Assembly: GCA_038205305.1 (NCBI GenBank)
Contig: JBBRBZ010000002.1
Span: 2,500 to 66,499, forward strand
Direction: 5' to 3'
Source: Gemmatimonadales bacterium
Lineage (GTDB): Bacteria; Gemmatimonadota; Gemmatimonadetes; Gemmatimonadales; GWC2-71-9
Length of the DNA: 64,000 nucleotides
Positions 11,350-19,941 of this stretch are shown here, in pieces (the stretch's first letter is position 1; every line of letters starts with the position of its first letter). A program made the position numbers and the translations under genes. Below the pieces are notes generated by a model that ran no database searches, was not told the origin of the DNA, and saw nothing but the letters and a program-made list of their open reading frames with translations.

Positions 11350-11909
11350 CCCAGCGTACCCTCGTCGTGGCCCTGCTCGGGCTTGCGACCACCATGACTG
11401 CCTGCCACAAGAAGCCCCCCGTGACGGAGGCGACGCCGATCACGAGTACGGCGGCTCCGACCCAGACCAACACGTCGACGACCACGCCAACCACGTCATC
11501 GACCACGCCGACGGGCCCGTCCTCCAGGGAGATCACCGATCGGGTGACCGCCTCGCTCGGAGAGCGGATCCATTTCGAATACGATCAGGCGGCGGTTCGT
11601 GACCAGGATCGTGGCATCCTCGACGCCAAGATCGCGATCCTCCGGAAGAATCCGGCGGCCCGCATTCGCGTCACGGGACACTGCGATGAGCGCGGCTCCG
11701 ATGACTACAACATCACCCTCGGCATGAAGCGCGCGACCGCCGCCAAGGAGTACATGGTGCGGGCCGGCATCGACGCTTCGCGCATCGACGTCTCCTCGCT
11801 GGGTCGGGAGAAGCCGATCGACCCCTCGTCCAACGAGATGGCGTGGGCGGCCAATCGCCGTGACGAATTCGAGGTGACTGCGGGCGGCCAGGTCCTGTTG
11901 CAGCCATGA
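11346..11909 (+). CDS. pal: Peptidoglycan-associated lipoprotein Pal (OmpA family)
   Basis: ATGA overlap with tolB. Lipobox LATTMTAC, Thr/Ser-rich linker, OmpA-like domain (IHFEYDQAAV.., GHCDERGSDDYNITLGMKRA.., NRRDEFEV). Confidence 0.85.
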   Translation: MTQRTLVVALLGLATTMTACHKKPPVTEATPITSTAAPTQTNTSTTTPTTSSTTPTGPSSREITDRVTASLGERIHFEYDQAAVRDQDRGILDAKIAILRKNPAARIRVTGHCDERGSDDYNITLGMKRATAAKEYMVRAGIDASRIDVSSLGREKPIDPSSNEMAWAANRRDEFEVTAGGQVLLQP

Positions 11910-12670
11910 ACCGCCTTCGGCGCATCTTCCTTGGTCTGATGGTGGGGGCGGTGGCTTGTGCCACCCCGGGACAGGTGCGCCGAGTCGAAACGCAGGTCCT
12001 GATTGGCCAGGCCGAACAACACCGAGCGGATTCCGCCCGGGCGGCGGAGCTGGGGCGCCTCTTGGCGCATCAGCAAACGCTGATGGACTCGCTGCTCTCC
12101 GCGACCGCGACGCTCCAGACGCGGTTGAGTCAGCTGGACGCCAATGCCGCGGCAGGGGTGGAGGACGTCCGCCGGGACATCAGCATCCTGACCCAGTCGA
12201 TGAACGTCTCCACCCAGAAGATCGCCCAGATCCGCAGTGACATGGAGGCCCGGTCGGCAGCGAGCGGCGGGGACTCGACTGGCGGGGCCGCAGCCAGCGA
12301 TGACGCCCTCAATCGGGCAGCCGATCAGGAGCTGCTGGCAGGCCGGAATGAAACGGCGCGCGAGGCGTATCACCTCCTCATCAACAGCTTCCCGAATTCG
12401 GCCTACACGCCCAGGGCGTACATCCGAATCGGCGGGACCTTCGAACCGGCACAGCCAGACTCGGCGCGGGCCTACTATCAGGCAGTGCTGAAGCTTCCTG
12501 CCTCGGCCGTGGCGCAAGCCGCTGCACCGACGGCGCTGTACAAGCTGGGACAGCTCGAGGAACGCGCCGGCAACACCGATGCGGCGAAGGCGTTCTATCA
12601 ACAGATCGTCGAGCGATATCCCAACAGCGTCGAATACGGCCAAGCGCTCGCGAAGATCCGTCAGCAGTAG
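11906..12670 (+). CDS. cpoB: Tol-Pal system protein CpoB/YbgF (coiled coil + TPR)
   Basis: ATGA overlap with pal. N-terminal coiled coil; C-terminal YbgF-type TPRs (FPNSAYTPRAYIRIG.., ALYKLGQLEERAGNTDAAKAFYQQIVERYPNS). Confidence 0.75.
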   Translation: MNRLRRIFLGLMVGAVACATPGQVRRVETQVLIGQAEQHRADSARAAELGRLLAHQQTLMDSLLSATATLQTRLSQLDANAAAGVEDVRRDISILTQSMNVSTQKIAQIRSDMEARSAASGGDSTGGAAASDDALNRAADQELLAGRNETAREAYHLLINSFPNSAYTPRAYIRIGGTFEPAQPDSARAYYQAVLKLPASAVAQAAAPTALYKLGQLEERAGNTDAAKAFYQQIVERYPNSVEYGQALAKIRQQ

Positions 12671-12690
12671 CTTCCCGGGCTGACCTCCCC

Positions 12691-15600
12691 ATGAAACGAC
12701 CTTCCGGCGAGATGCCGTTCCTCGACCACCTCGAGGAATTGCGCTTCCGCATCTTGCGTGCGGTGCTGGCCATCGTCATTGGCGTCGGTCTGGGGCTCTG
12801 GGCGACGGTCCACTTCAACTTGATCCAGATCATCGCCGCGCCGATCGCGCCCTATCTCCCCGACCACAAGCTGGTGGTGCATGGGGTGACGGATCAGGTG
12901 ATGGTCGTCCTCAAGGTTGGTGCCACCTTCGGCATTGCCGCAGCGGCGCCGTACGTGCTCTACCAGTTGTGGGCCTTTCTCTCGCCGGCGCTCTACACCA
13001 GGGAAAAGAAGGCGATGATCCCCGCGATGCTCGCCGGCTTCATCCTGTTTTTTATTGGCGCAGCCATCGGCTGGTACTACGTGACCCCAATGGGTCTCGA
13101 CTTCCTGATGAACTTCATGCCGGGGACTTTCTCCCCGCTGATCACGACGGATGAATACTTTTCCTTCGTGATGCAGGTGATCCTGGCCTTCGGTATCTCG
13201 TTCGAACTGCCGCTGGTGATGGTCCTGCTGGCCTGGATCGGGGTCATGTCGTACCAGAAGTACAACTCGCTCCGTCGCTACGCCATCATCGTGAACTTCT
13301 TCCTGGGTGCGATTCTCTCACCTGGCACCGACGTCTTCTCGATGATCGTCTTCACCATTCCGCTACTGTTGCTCTACGAGCTCGGTGTCGCCGGCTCGTA
13401 CATCTTGGCCCGGCGCAAGCGGCTGCGGGACGCCGCGATCGCCGGTATCGTGCTGCTGGCGCTGGCGGGACTGCCACATGGACTCCAGGCGCAGGTCACC
13501 GGCGCGCCGCCCAAGAGTGGCCGGGCGCCCCCGGGGGCGCAGGACACCACGCGACGCCCTCCGTCGGCCAAGTCGCTCGACTCGGCCGCGGCCAAGCGCC
13601 TCGGCCTTCCGCTCGGCCCCACCGTCACTTTCCCTCCGCCCGATTCGATCGCCCAGCGACTCCTGAAGCGGAAGGGCTTCGGCTTCACCGAGATTGTCGG
13701 GGATTCGGCGAGGCTCTCCCCCGACGGGCCAAATTTTCGGGTGGCAGGCGGAGCGGTCCGCCGCGACTCGCTGATCTTTCAGGCGAACTTGCTGGATTTC
13801 CAGAACGCGACCTGCGAACTGCTGGGGACCGGGGCGCCGCAGCTCTTCCAGGGGAATCCGCCGAGGCCGCTGATCGGCCGCATCACCTCGGTGAACACCT
13901 GCTCGGACCGACTGGTGGTCAGTGAGGCATTCACCAAGTTCAACGAGATGGGTGGCGACTGGTACCTGCGCGGGAATGTTGCGATCGATTCCTCCTACTC
14001 CCGGCTCTTCGCCGCGCACAGCGAGTTCACCAGCTGCGACCTTCCCGATCCGCACTACCATTTCCAGTCGTCCCAGGTGAAGTGGGTGTCACAGTCGATC
14101 ATCGTGGCGCGCCCGGCGGTGCTCTACGTGCGGGACGTGCCTCTGGTCTGGCTCCCCTTCATCTTCCAGGACACCAAGTCGAACCGCAGCTCGGGGATCC
14201 TGATCCCGAAATTCGGTTTCAATGACATTGTCCGCCCGACGCGCGACTACAACCGCGCGATCACCAACATCGGTTACTACTGGGCGCCGAACGACTACAT
14301 CGACGTGACGACCAAGCTCGACTGGTATTCGAACCGCTACGTCAACTACGGGGCGCAACTGCGCTACGACTGGCGCAATCGCTTCGTCCGGGGCGATCTC
14401 GCCTACAACAAGCAGATCCAGGACAACGGGGCGACCGCGTTGACGGTGAACTGGAACCACGACCAGCGCTTCAACATCTCGACCACGCTCGCGCTCAGCT
14501 TCAACTACGTCTCCAACGGCGCGGTCGTGCAGAGCAACGCCATCGACCCGCTGCTCAACACGGCCAGCATCCGCAGCTCGCTCAACTTCACCAAGCGCTA
14601 CCGCTGGGGAAACATCTCCGTGGGCGGCAACCGCAGCGTGAGCATCACCGATGGCTCCGGCACGATGCAGTTTCCGTCCCTCTCCCTCTCCCCGCAGCCG
14701 ATTTCCATCGGGCGGTGGGGAACCTGGTCGCCGAACCTGCGCATTACCAATGACCTGGCCTTCAAGCAGCCGGGGGCGCTCGACGTGTTGCTCGGGAATG
14801 GCACGATCGACACCAGCACCGCCACCCGGCGCTCCAGGAACTCGGTGATCTCCCTGGAGACCCCGCTCCGGATCGGGTCGTTCAACTGGGCCAACACCAT
14901 CAACCTCTCGGATCAGCAGGTCACCGGCCTGTCGGTGGCTTCCATCCGACGCCCCGATACCACGACGGCCGATCCCAACGATTCCGTCACGGTTTCGGTG
15001 ACCCGGGGCGGCACCTTCCGGAGCGGATTCAACTACAACACCGGCATCAACTTGCCGCAGCTCCTTCGTTCATCGTGGCATCTCACCCCGACGGTCGGGA
15101 TCACCAATACCATCGAGAACTATCCGCTCTTCTATCGTTCCCAGGGCACCAACGGGGCCTGGGTGATGCAGGGGAAGAAGCTGCAGTTCTCGATGGCATC
15201 AACGCCGAGTTTCTACCTGCTCACCAAAGGCGGCATCGGGCCCGCTGACAGAGTCCGGTATTCGTTGTCGCCTCGGATCAACATCGCCTATTCGCCCAAG
15301 GCGACCCTTCCGAGTGACTTCGCCAAGGCACTGACCAACGAGGGGCTCTCCACTCCCACGGCGACACCGGCCACGATGACGATGCAGCTGGCGGTTGACC
15401 AGAGCATCCAGGCCAAGCCGCACCGCGCCGCGTCCGACACGATGTCGGCCGTGTCCACGGCGAGACCAGTGGAAGTCCTCCGCCTCAACACCTCCGCCGT
15501 CGCCTACGATTTCGAGCAGGCAAACCTGCCGGGGCGGACCGGGTGGACCACCTCGACACTCAATAACACCTTCGCGAGTGATCTCCTCCCCGGCTTCAAT

Positions 15601-16236
15601 TTTTCGCTGACCCATGATCTCTGGCGAGGGCAGGTGGGCACCGATACCGCTGTATTCTCACCCTTCCTTTCGAATGTGTCGGCGAGCTTGTCGCTCACCA
15701 GCCGCACCTTCAATGGCATTGGTCGGCTGCTGGGGCTGTCGAGTCGGATCAAGCCCCTGGCTCCGGGGGCACCGCCGTCCCCCGCCTTTCCGACGCAGCC
15801 CACGACCGGTCTCTTCGGCAATTCCTCGAATCAGCCACCGATGCTCTCCGCGCAGGGGCTGACGGCGAATATCAACTACACCCTGAGCCGGCGACGGCCT
15901 GATGGTGGTATCCAGGTGCCGCCGGTGCCGGAAGATCCGTTCGGCCAGCCGCCGATCGTCCTGCCCATCTCGAGTACGACCCAGAGCAACATCGGCCTCA
16001 ACACCTCGTTCTCGCCGACCCGGTTCTGGACCGTCCGCTGGGCGACCCAGTACAATGCGACGGCCAAGCGCTTCGAATCGCAGCAGATCCAGTTGCAGCG
16101 GAGCCTCCACGACTGGGTGGCCTCCTTCAACTTCACCAAGAACGCCAACGGCAACTATGCCCTGACCTTCAGCATTCACTTGATCCGGTTGCCGGACATC
16201 AAGTTTGACTACCAGCAGCAGACCTTCCAGCCCTGA
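12691..16236 (+). CDS. Single ORF encoding a complete TatC (about aa 1-245) fused in frame to an LptD/OstA-like outer-membrane protein (about aa 270-1181)
   Basis: - N-terminal part: MPFLDHLEELRFRI.., six hydrophobic segments, ..LSPGTDVFSM.., consistent with TatC.
- C-terminal part: OstA-like stretch, then the LptD core VPLVWLPFIFQDTKSNRSSGILIPKFGF..IGYYWAPNDYIDVT..GAQLRYDW and about 700 aa of alternating beta-strand-like sequence ending ..IKFDYQQQTFQP.
- No stop codon lies between the two parts in the given sequence. Confidence 0.8.
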   Translation: MKRPSGEMPFLDHLEELRFRILRAVLAIVIGVGLGLWATVHFNLIQIIAAPIAPYLPDHKLVVHGVTDQVMVVLKVGATFGIAAAAPYVLYQLWAFLSPALYTREKKAMIPAMLAGFILFFIGAAIGWYYVTPMGLDFLMNFMPGTFSPLITTDEYFSFVMQVILAFGISFELPLVMVLLAWIGVMSYQKYNSLRRYAIIVNFFLGAILSPGTDVFSMIVFTIPLLLLYELGVAGSYILARRKRLRDAAIAGIVLLALAGLPHGLQAQVTGAPPKSGRAPPGAQDTTRRPPSAKSLDSAAAKRLGLPLGPTVTFPPPDSIAQRLLKRKGFGFTEIVGDSARLSPDGPNFRVAGGAVRRDSLIFQANLLDFQNATCELLGTGAPQLFQGNPPRPLIGRITSVNTCSDRLVVSEAFTKFNEMGGDWYLRGNVAIDSSYSRLFAAHSEFTSCDLPDPHYHFQSSQVKWVSQSIIVARPAVLYVRDVPLVWLPFIFQDTKSNRSSGILIPKFGFNDIVRPTRDYNRAITNIGYYWAPNDYIDVTTKLDWYSNRYVNYGAQLRYDWRNRFVRGDLAYNKQIQDNGATALTVNWNHDQRFNISTTLALSFNYVSNGAVVQSNAIDPLLNTASIRSSLNFTKRYRWGNISVGGNRSVSITDGSGTMQFPSLSLSPQPISIGRWGTWSPNLRITNDLAFKQPGALDVLLGNGTIDTSTATRRSRNSVISLETPLRIGSFNWANTINLSDQQVTGLSVASIRRPDTTTADPNDSVTVSVTRGGTFRSGFNYNTGINLPQLLRSSWHLTPTVGITNTIENYPLFYRSQGTNGAWVMQGKKLQFSMASTPSFYLLTKGGIGPADRVRYSLSPRINIAYSPKATLPSDFAKALTNEGLSTPTATPATMTMQLAVDQSIQAKPHRAASDTMSAVSTARPVEVLRLNTSAVAYDFEQANLPGRTGWTTSTLNNTFASDLLPGFNFSLTHDLWRGQVGTDTAVFSPFLSNVSASLSLTSRTFNGIGRLLGLSSRIKPLAPGAPPSPAFPTQPTTGLFGNSSNQPPMLSAQGLTANINYTLSRRRPDGGIQVPPVPEDPFGQPPIVLPISSTTQSNIGLNTSFSPTRFWTVRWATQYNATAKRFESQQIQLQRSLHDWVASFNFTKNANGNYALTFSIHLIRLPDIKFDYQQQTFQP
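13405..13491 (+). other. Junction segment: signal-peptide-like element or 7th TM (ARRKRLRDAAIAGIVLLALAGLPHGLQA|Q), beginning at an in-frame TTG
   Basis: Basic n-region (RRKRLR), 14-residue hydrophobic core, helix breaker (P,G) and LQA-Q resembling a signal peptidase I site. TTG at 13405 is in frame. No convincing Shine-Dalgarno upstream. Confidence 0.5.
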
Positions 16237-16392
16237 CCAGGCCGACCGTCTGCCGCCCTCTGGTCCCCCGGTCCTGACCTGCCGACACTATACCGGATTG
16301 GCACCCCAATCTTGTTTCCGCCTGCGGCCGGGCCCATACTTAGAAACCCAAGTCCTGTCTACACTTGAGTCCACTCTTTCCCGCGATCCTTC

Positions 16393-18333
16393 ATGGCGCT
16401 CGATAAGCTCAAAGTAGCCGCGCGTCAACACGAGCTTCGCGACGAATGGCGCGAGGCCATCGAGCTCTACCGGCAGGCCATCCGGGAGGGGGAGGGGGGC
16501 ATCGAGGGGGGCGATCCGGCGCTCTACAACCGGATCGGCGACCTCTCCCTCAAGGCCGCCGACGCGCTCGCCGCCTGCGAGGCATGGGAACAGGCCGCGA
16601 CCCGTTACGGGGAGCAAGGCTTCTTCAACAACGCCATTGCGCTGTGCGGCAAGATCCTGAGGCTTGAGCCGAGCCGAGTCCATGTCTATCTCGAACTCGC
16701 CCGCTACCAGGCGCGAAAGCGCGTGCTCTACGACGTCCGCGACAACCTCGGCATCTATCACGATCGCATGGGAAAGATGGGCCGTCAGGATGACGCCCGG
16801 CTCCAGATCGAGCGACTCGGTCACGAGTTCCCTGGCTGGCGCGGCCTCGAGGCGTTGATCGATGAACTGCTCGGTCGCGACACCGCGATTCCTGCCCCGT
16901 CGAAAGCCGAAGCAGCCCATGGCAGTGCCGGTGGACTGGTGTTCATCGACACCGGGCCGCTGGCCATCGAACGGGCGTCGGACCCCGAGGTCGAGGCTGC
17001 CCCGGACGAGGAGGGGGCGCCCAGCGTGACCGCCGACCTCGAGTTGGAGGAGCGCCCCGAGGCGGTCCCACTCGACGGACTCGAATCCACCTCATCCGAA
17101 CTGGCCGACGACCAGAACGACAGCGAGGTCTCCGCGATCGACGGCCTGGTCAGTGTCGAGCAGACGTCGAGCGAGGTGGCCATGCCGACCCCGCTCGATG
17201 GGCTTGAGCGTTCTTCGGCCTTCGATGAATCCGACCCGGACGTCCCCGACACCGAGGTGGAAGGGCTGGAGTCCACCGGGCAGTCCGACGCCCAAACCGG
17301 GGCCGATGAGCCGACTGCCGGGGGAGTCGAAGGCGAGCCAGAGGGGATCGTCTTCCTCGACACCCACGCCGTGCCGGCTGAGGAGAGCCCGTCCGTCCCG
17401 CGTGAGTTTCCCATTGACGATCCGGTGGGCAACCGGGTGACGGCGCACGCGCTGCTCGAGAGCGGCGACCGCACCGGCGGCATCGCCGCCCTGGACGCTG
17501 CCCTCGCCGGGCACACTCTCCAGGAAGACTGGCTCCCGGCCTATCAGGTCGCCAGCGAATTGACGCAGGCCGATCCCTCGTCGATCCATCGCCACCAGGC
17601 GCGGGTCGAGGTCGCGTCACGGATGCGCGATGTGCCGCGACTCTGCGAGGCCTACGCCGATCTGGCCGACACTTTCGCCCGCGCCGGAAGCGCCGACAAG
17701 TCGGTGGCCGTCTATCGCCGCATCCTCGAGCTCGACGAACACCACGAGCGCGCCCGCGCGGCACTGCGCGCCATGGCGCCGCCGCCGGAGAACGAGACGC
17801 CGGATGGCTTCATCGATTTTGGCGCCATGGTGATCGATGATGCCGGCCCGCGCTCCACTCGGATGCGCACCGAGGCGCCCAGTGTGGCGCCCGACGAGGA
17901 CGACACCTTCCGGGAGGCCCTGGCAGAGTTCAAGCGCGCCCTCGACCAGAATCTCCCGGCAGAGGACTATCAGGCCCACTACGATCTCGGGATTGCGTTC
18001 AAGGAAATGGGGTTGCTCGACGAAGCCATCGGCGAGTTCCAGAAGGCGCTGCGCGCCCCCGAGGGTCGCCTTCGGACGTCGGAAGCACTGGGGCAGGTCT
18101 TCTTCGAGCAGAATCGTCCAGCGGTCGCCGAGGCGGTCCTGAAGAGCGTGGAGAAGGGCCCGGAGGGCGATGCCGACAAGATCGGCGTGCTCTACTGGCT
18201 CGGCCGTTCTCAGGAAGCGCAGGGGAAGGACGCGCAGGCGCGCGGGTGCTACGAACGCGTCCTCGCCGTCGATGTCGCATTCGCCGATGCCAGCGACCGG
18301 CTCACCCATCTCGACGATGAGGGGGCCGCGTGA
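16393..18333 (+). CDS. TPR-repeat protein with a central acidic repeat linker (hypothetical)
   Basis: N- and C-terminal TPR-like helices (HYDLGIAFKEMGLLDEAIGEFQKAL; LYWLGRSQEAQGKDAQARGCYERVL). Central D/E/S-rich region has four (L/I/V)(D/E)GL(E/V)S units. Confidence 0.6.
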   Translation: MALDKLKVAARQHELRDEWREAIELYRQAIREGEGGIEGGDPALYNRIGDLSLKAADALAACEAWEQAATRYGEQGFFNNAIALCGKILRLEPSRVHVYLELARYQARKRVLYDVRDNLGIYHDRMGKMGRQDDARLQIERLGHEFPGWRGLEALIDELLGRDTAIPAPSKAEAAHGSAGGLVFIDTGPLAIERASDPEVEAAPDEEGAPSVTADLELEERPEAVPLDGLESTSSELADDQNDSEVSAIDGLVSVEQTSSEVAMPTPLDGLERSSAFDESDPDVPDTEVEGLESTGQSDAQTGADEPTAGGVEGEPEGIVFLDTHAVPAEESPSVPREFPIDDPVGNRVTAHALLESGDRTGGIAALDAALAGHTLQEDWLPAYQVASELTQADPSSIHRHQARVEVASRMRDVPRLCEAYADLADTFARAGSADKSVAVYRRILELDEHHERARAALRAMAPPPENETPDGFIDFGAMVIDDAGPRSTRMRTEAPSVAPDEDDTFREALAEFKRALDQNLPAEDYQAHYDLGIAFKEMGLLDEAIGEFQKALRAPEGRLRTSEALGQVFFEQNRPAVAEAVLKSVEKGPEGDADKIGVLYWLGRSQEAQGKDAQARGCYERVLAVDVAFADASDRLTHLDDEGAA

Positions 18334-19322
18334 CCATGTCCCAAATCGGGCCGCTCTCCCTGACCGAACTTCAGGCGATGGTGGTCCCCCGACTGGTGCA
18401 CGTCGAGCACGAGATGCGGCGGATGATCGAGGACGACTTCCCGCTCATCACCGATGTCAACAAGCACCTGCTGCGGATGCGCGGCAAGATGTTCCGGCCG
18501 ACGCTCACCCTGCTCGCCGACGAGGCCACCAACGGCCCGACCGCCGCGGCCGCGGCGCTCGCCGCCGTCATCGAGCTGATCCATCTCGCCACCTTGGTGC
18601 ACGACGACTCGGTGGACCACTCGGTGCTGCGCCGCGGCATGCCGACGATCAACGCCCTGTTCTCGCATCAGGTGTCGGTGATCATGGGTGACTTCCTCTA
18701 CTCCCGTGCCATGGTCGAGCTGGTCCGGCTCGGCGGGATGGATGCGCTCCGCATCCTTGCCCGCGTGACCAACGAGATGACGGTTGGCGAGATGCGGCAG
18801 TTGCTCTCCCACGATCCCCTCGCCTTCACCGAGGAGGACTACGATCTCCTCATCAAGGCGAAGACGGCCTCGCTCCTCTCGGCGGCGTGCGAGGTGGGCT
18901 CCCTTGGCGCACCGCGCGAGCAGCGGGAGGCGCTCGCCCGTTTCGGCGAGAACCTCGGGATGGCGTTCCAGATCGTCGATGACCTGCTCGACTACGTCGC
19001 GGACCAGTCGAGCACCGGCAAGCCCTCCGGGCTCGACCTGCGCGAGCACAAGGTCACCCTGCCGCTCATCTACGCCCTGCCGGCCTTCTCCGCGGCGGAG
19101 CGGCAGCGGCTCGACACCCTGATGCGGAATGCCGAGCCCTCCGACCGGGAGATTGCCGACGTGGTCGCGGCTGTGGCCGCCCACGGGGGACTGGACGCCG
19201 CCCGGGAGCGGGCCCAGCGGCTCTGCGCCCAGGCAGACGACGATCTTGCCACCCTGCCCGAGAGTCCGGCCCGCGACACCCTTCGGGCTTCTCTCACCTA
19301 CGTTCTGGAGCGGCGCCGCTGA
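18330..19322 (+). CDS. ispB: Polyprenyl diphosphate synthase (octaprenyl/heptaprenyl type)
   Basis: First DDxxD motif LVHDDSVDHSVLRRG, second motif FQIVDDLLDY, and KTASL. Confidence 0.9.
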   Translation: MTMSQIGPLSLTELQAMVVPRLVHVEHEMRRMIEDDFPLITDVNKHLLRMRGKMFRPTLTLLADEATNGPTAAAAALAAVIELIHLATLVHDDSVDHSVLRRGMPTINALFSHQVSVIMGDFLYSRAMVELVRLGGMDALRILARVTNEMTVGEMRQLLSHDPLAFTEEDYDLLIKAKTASLLSAACEVGSLGAPREQREALARFGENLGMAFQIVDDLLDYVADQSSTGKPSGLDLREHKVTLPLIYALPAFSAAERQRLDTLMRNAEPSDREIADVVAAVAAHGGLDAARERAQRLCAQADDDLATLPESPARDTLRASLTYVLERRR

Positions 19323-19594
19323 TGCCTGCCGGACCGAAGCGCCCCCGGTTCTACCTCGGCGTACTGGTGGCCGGGTTCCTGATTGGCGGGTATCTGAACG
19401 CCCTCCTCAGCCGGTTCCTCCCCGACAGCGCCGCCAAGAGCTTTTTCACCTTCGCTGTGACCCCGAACTTCGGGACTGTGACGGTGAACCTGCTGGTGGT
19501 ATCGTTCACCCTTGGCCCGGTTGGGGTGACTGTCTCCCTCCTGAGCCTCGTTGGGGTTGCCGTGGCATACTACGCTGCGCGCTCGATTTTCTAG
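19322..19594 (+). CDS. Small two-TM membrane protein, DUF4321-like
   Basis: ATG shares one nt with the ispB stop. 90 aa with hydrophobic N- and C-terminal segments flanking FTFAVTPNFGTVTVNLLVVSFTLGP, a pattern I associate with DUF4321 (from memory). Confidence 0.5.
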   Translation: MPAGPKRPRFYLGVLVAGFLIGGYLNALLSRFLPDSAAKSFFTFAVTPNFGTVTVNLLVVSFTLGPVGVTVSLLSLVGVAVAYYAARSIF

Positions 19595-19606
19595 AAGGGA
19601 GTCTGC

Positions 19607-19864
19607 ATGTTCGGAAATCTGGGATTCATGGAGATCATGGCCCTCATGGTCGTCGTTCTCCTGGTGTTCGGGGCGAAGCGTCTGCCGGAAATCGGCTCCT
19701 CCATGGGGAAGGGCATCCGCGAGTTCAAACGGTCGCTCACCGATACGCAGGCCGCCTTGAACGAGGCCGTCTCCGATGATCGCAGCGGCGCACCTTCGCG
19801 GCCGATCGAGGGCCAGCCGGTCACACCGCCGAACTCCGCCGAGCCGAAGCGCCTCTCGCAGTAG
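19607..19864 (+). CDS. tatA: Twin-arginine translocase subunit TatA/E
   Basis: MFGNLGFMEIMALMVVVLLVFGAKRLPEIGSSMGKGIREFK is the canonical TatA TM plus amphipathic helix. AAGGGAG Shine-Dalgarno lies 6 nt upstream. Confidence 0.9.
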   Translation: MFGNLGFMEIMALMVVVLLVFGAKRLPEIGSSMGKGIREFKRSLTDTQAALNEAVSDDRSGAPSRPIEGQPVTPPNSAEPKRLSQ

Positions 19865-19885
19865 CGGGTGAGGGAACGGAAAATC

Positions 19886-19919
19886 GAACGGGCGCCCGAG
19901 TTTCCTCGGGCGCCCGTTC
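19886..19919. terminator. Perfect 15-bp hairpin between convergent tatA and ppiD (bidirectional terminator candidate)
   Basis: GAACGGGCGCCCGAG-TTTC-CTCGGGCGCCCGTTC. On the minus strand the stem is followed by GATTTTCC. Confidence 0.6.
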
Positions 19920-19941
19920 TGCATGCCTTCACACCCGGGGA

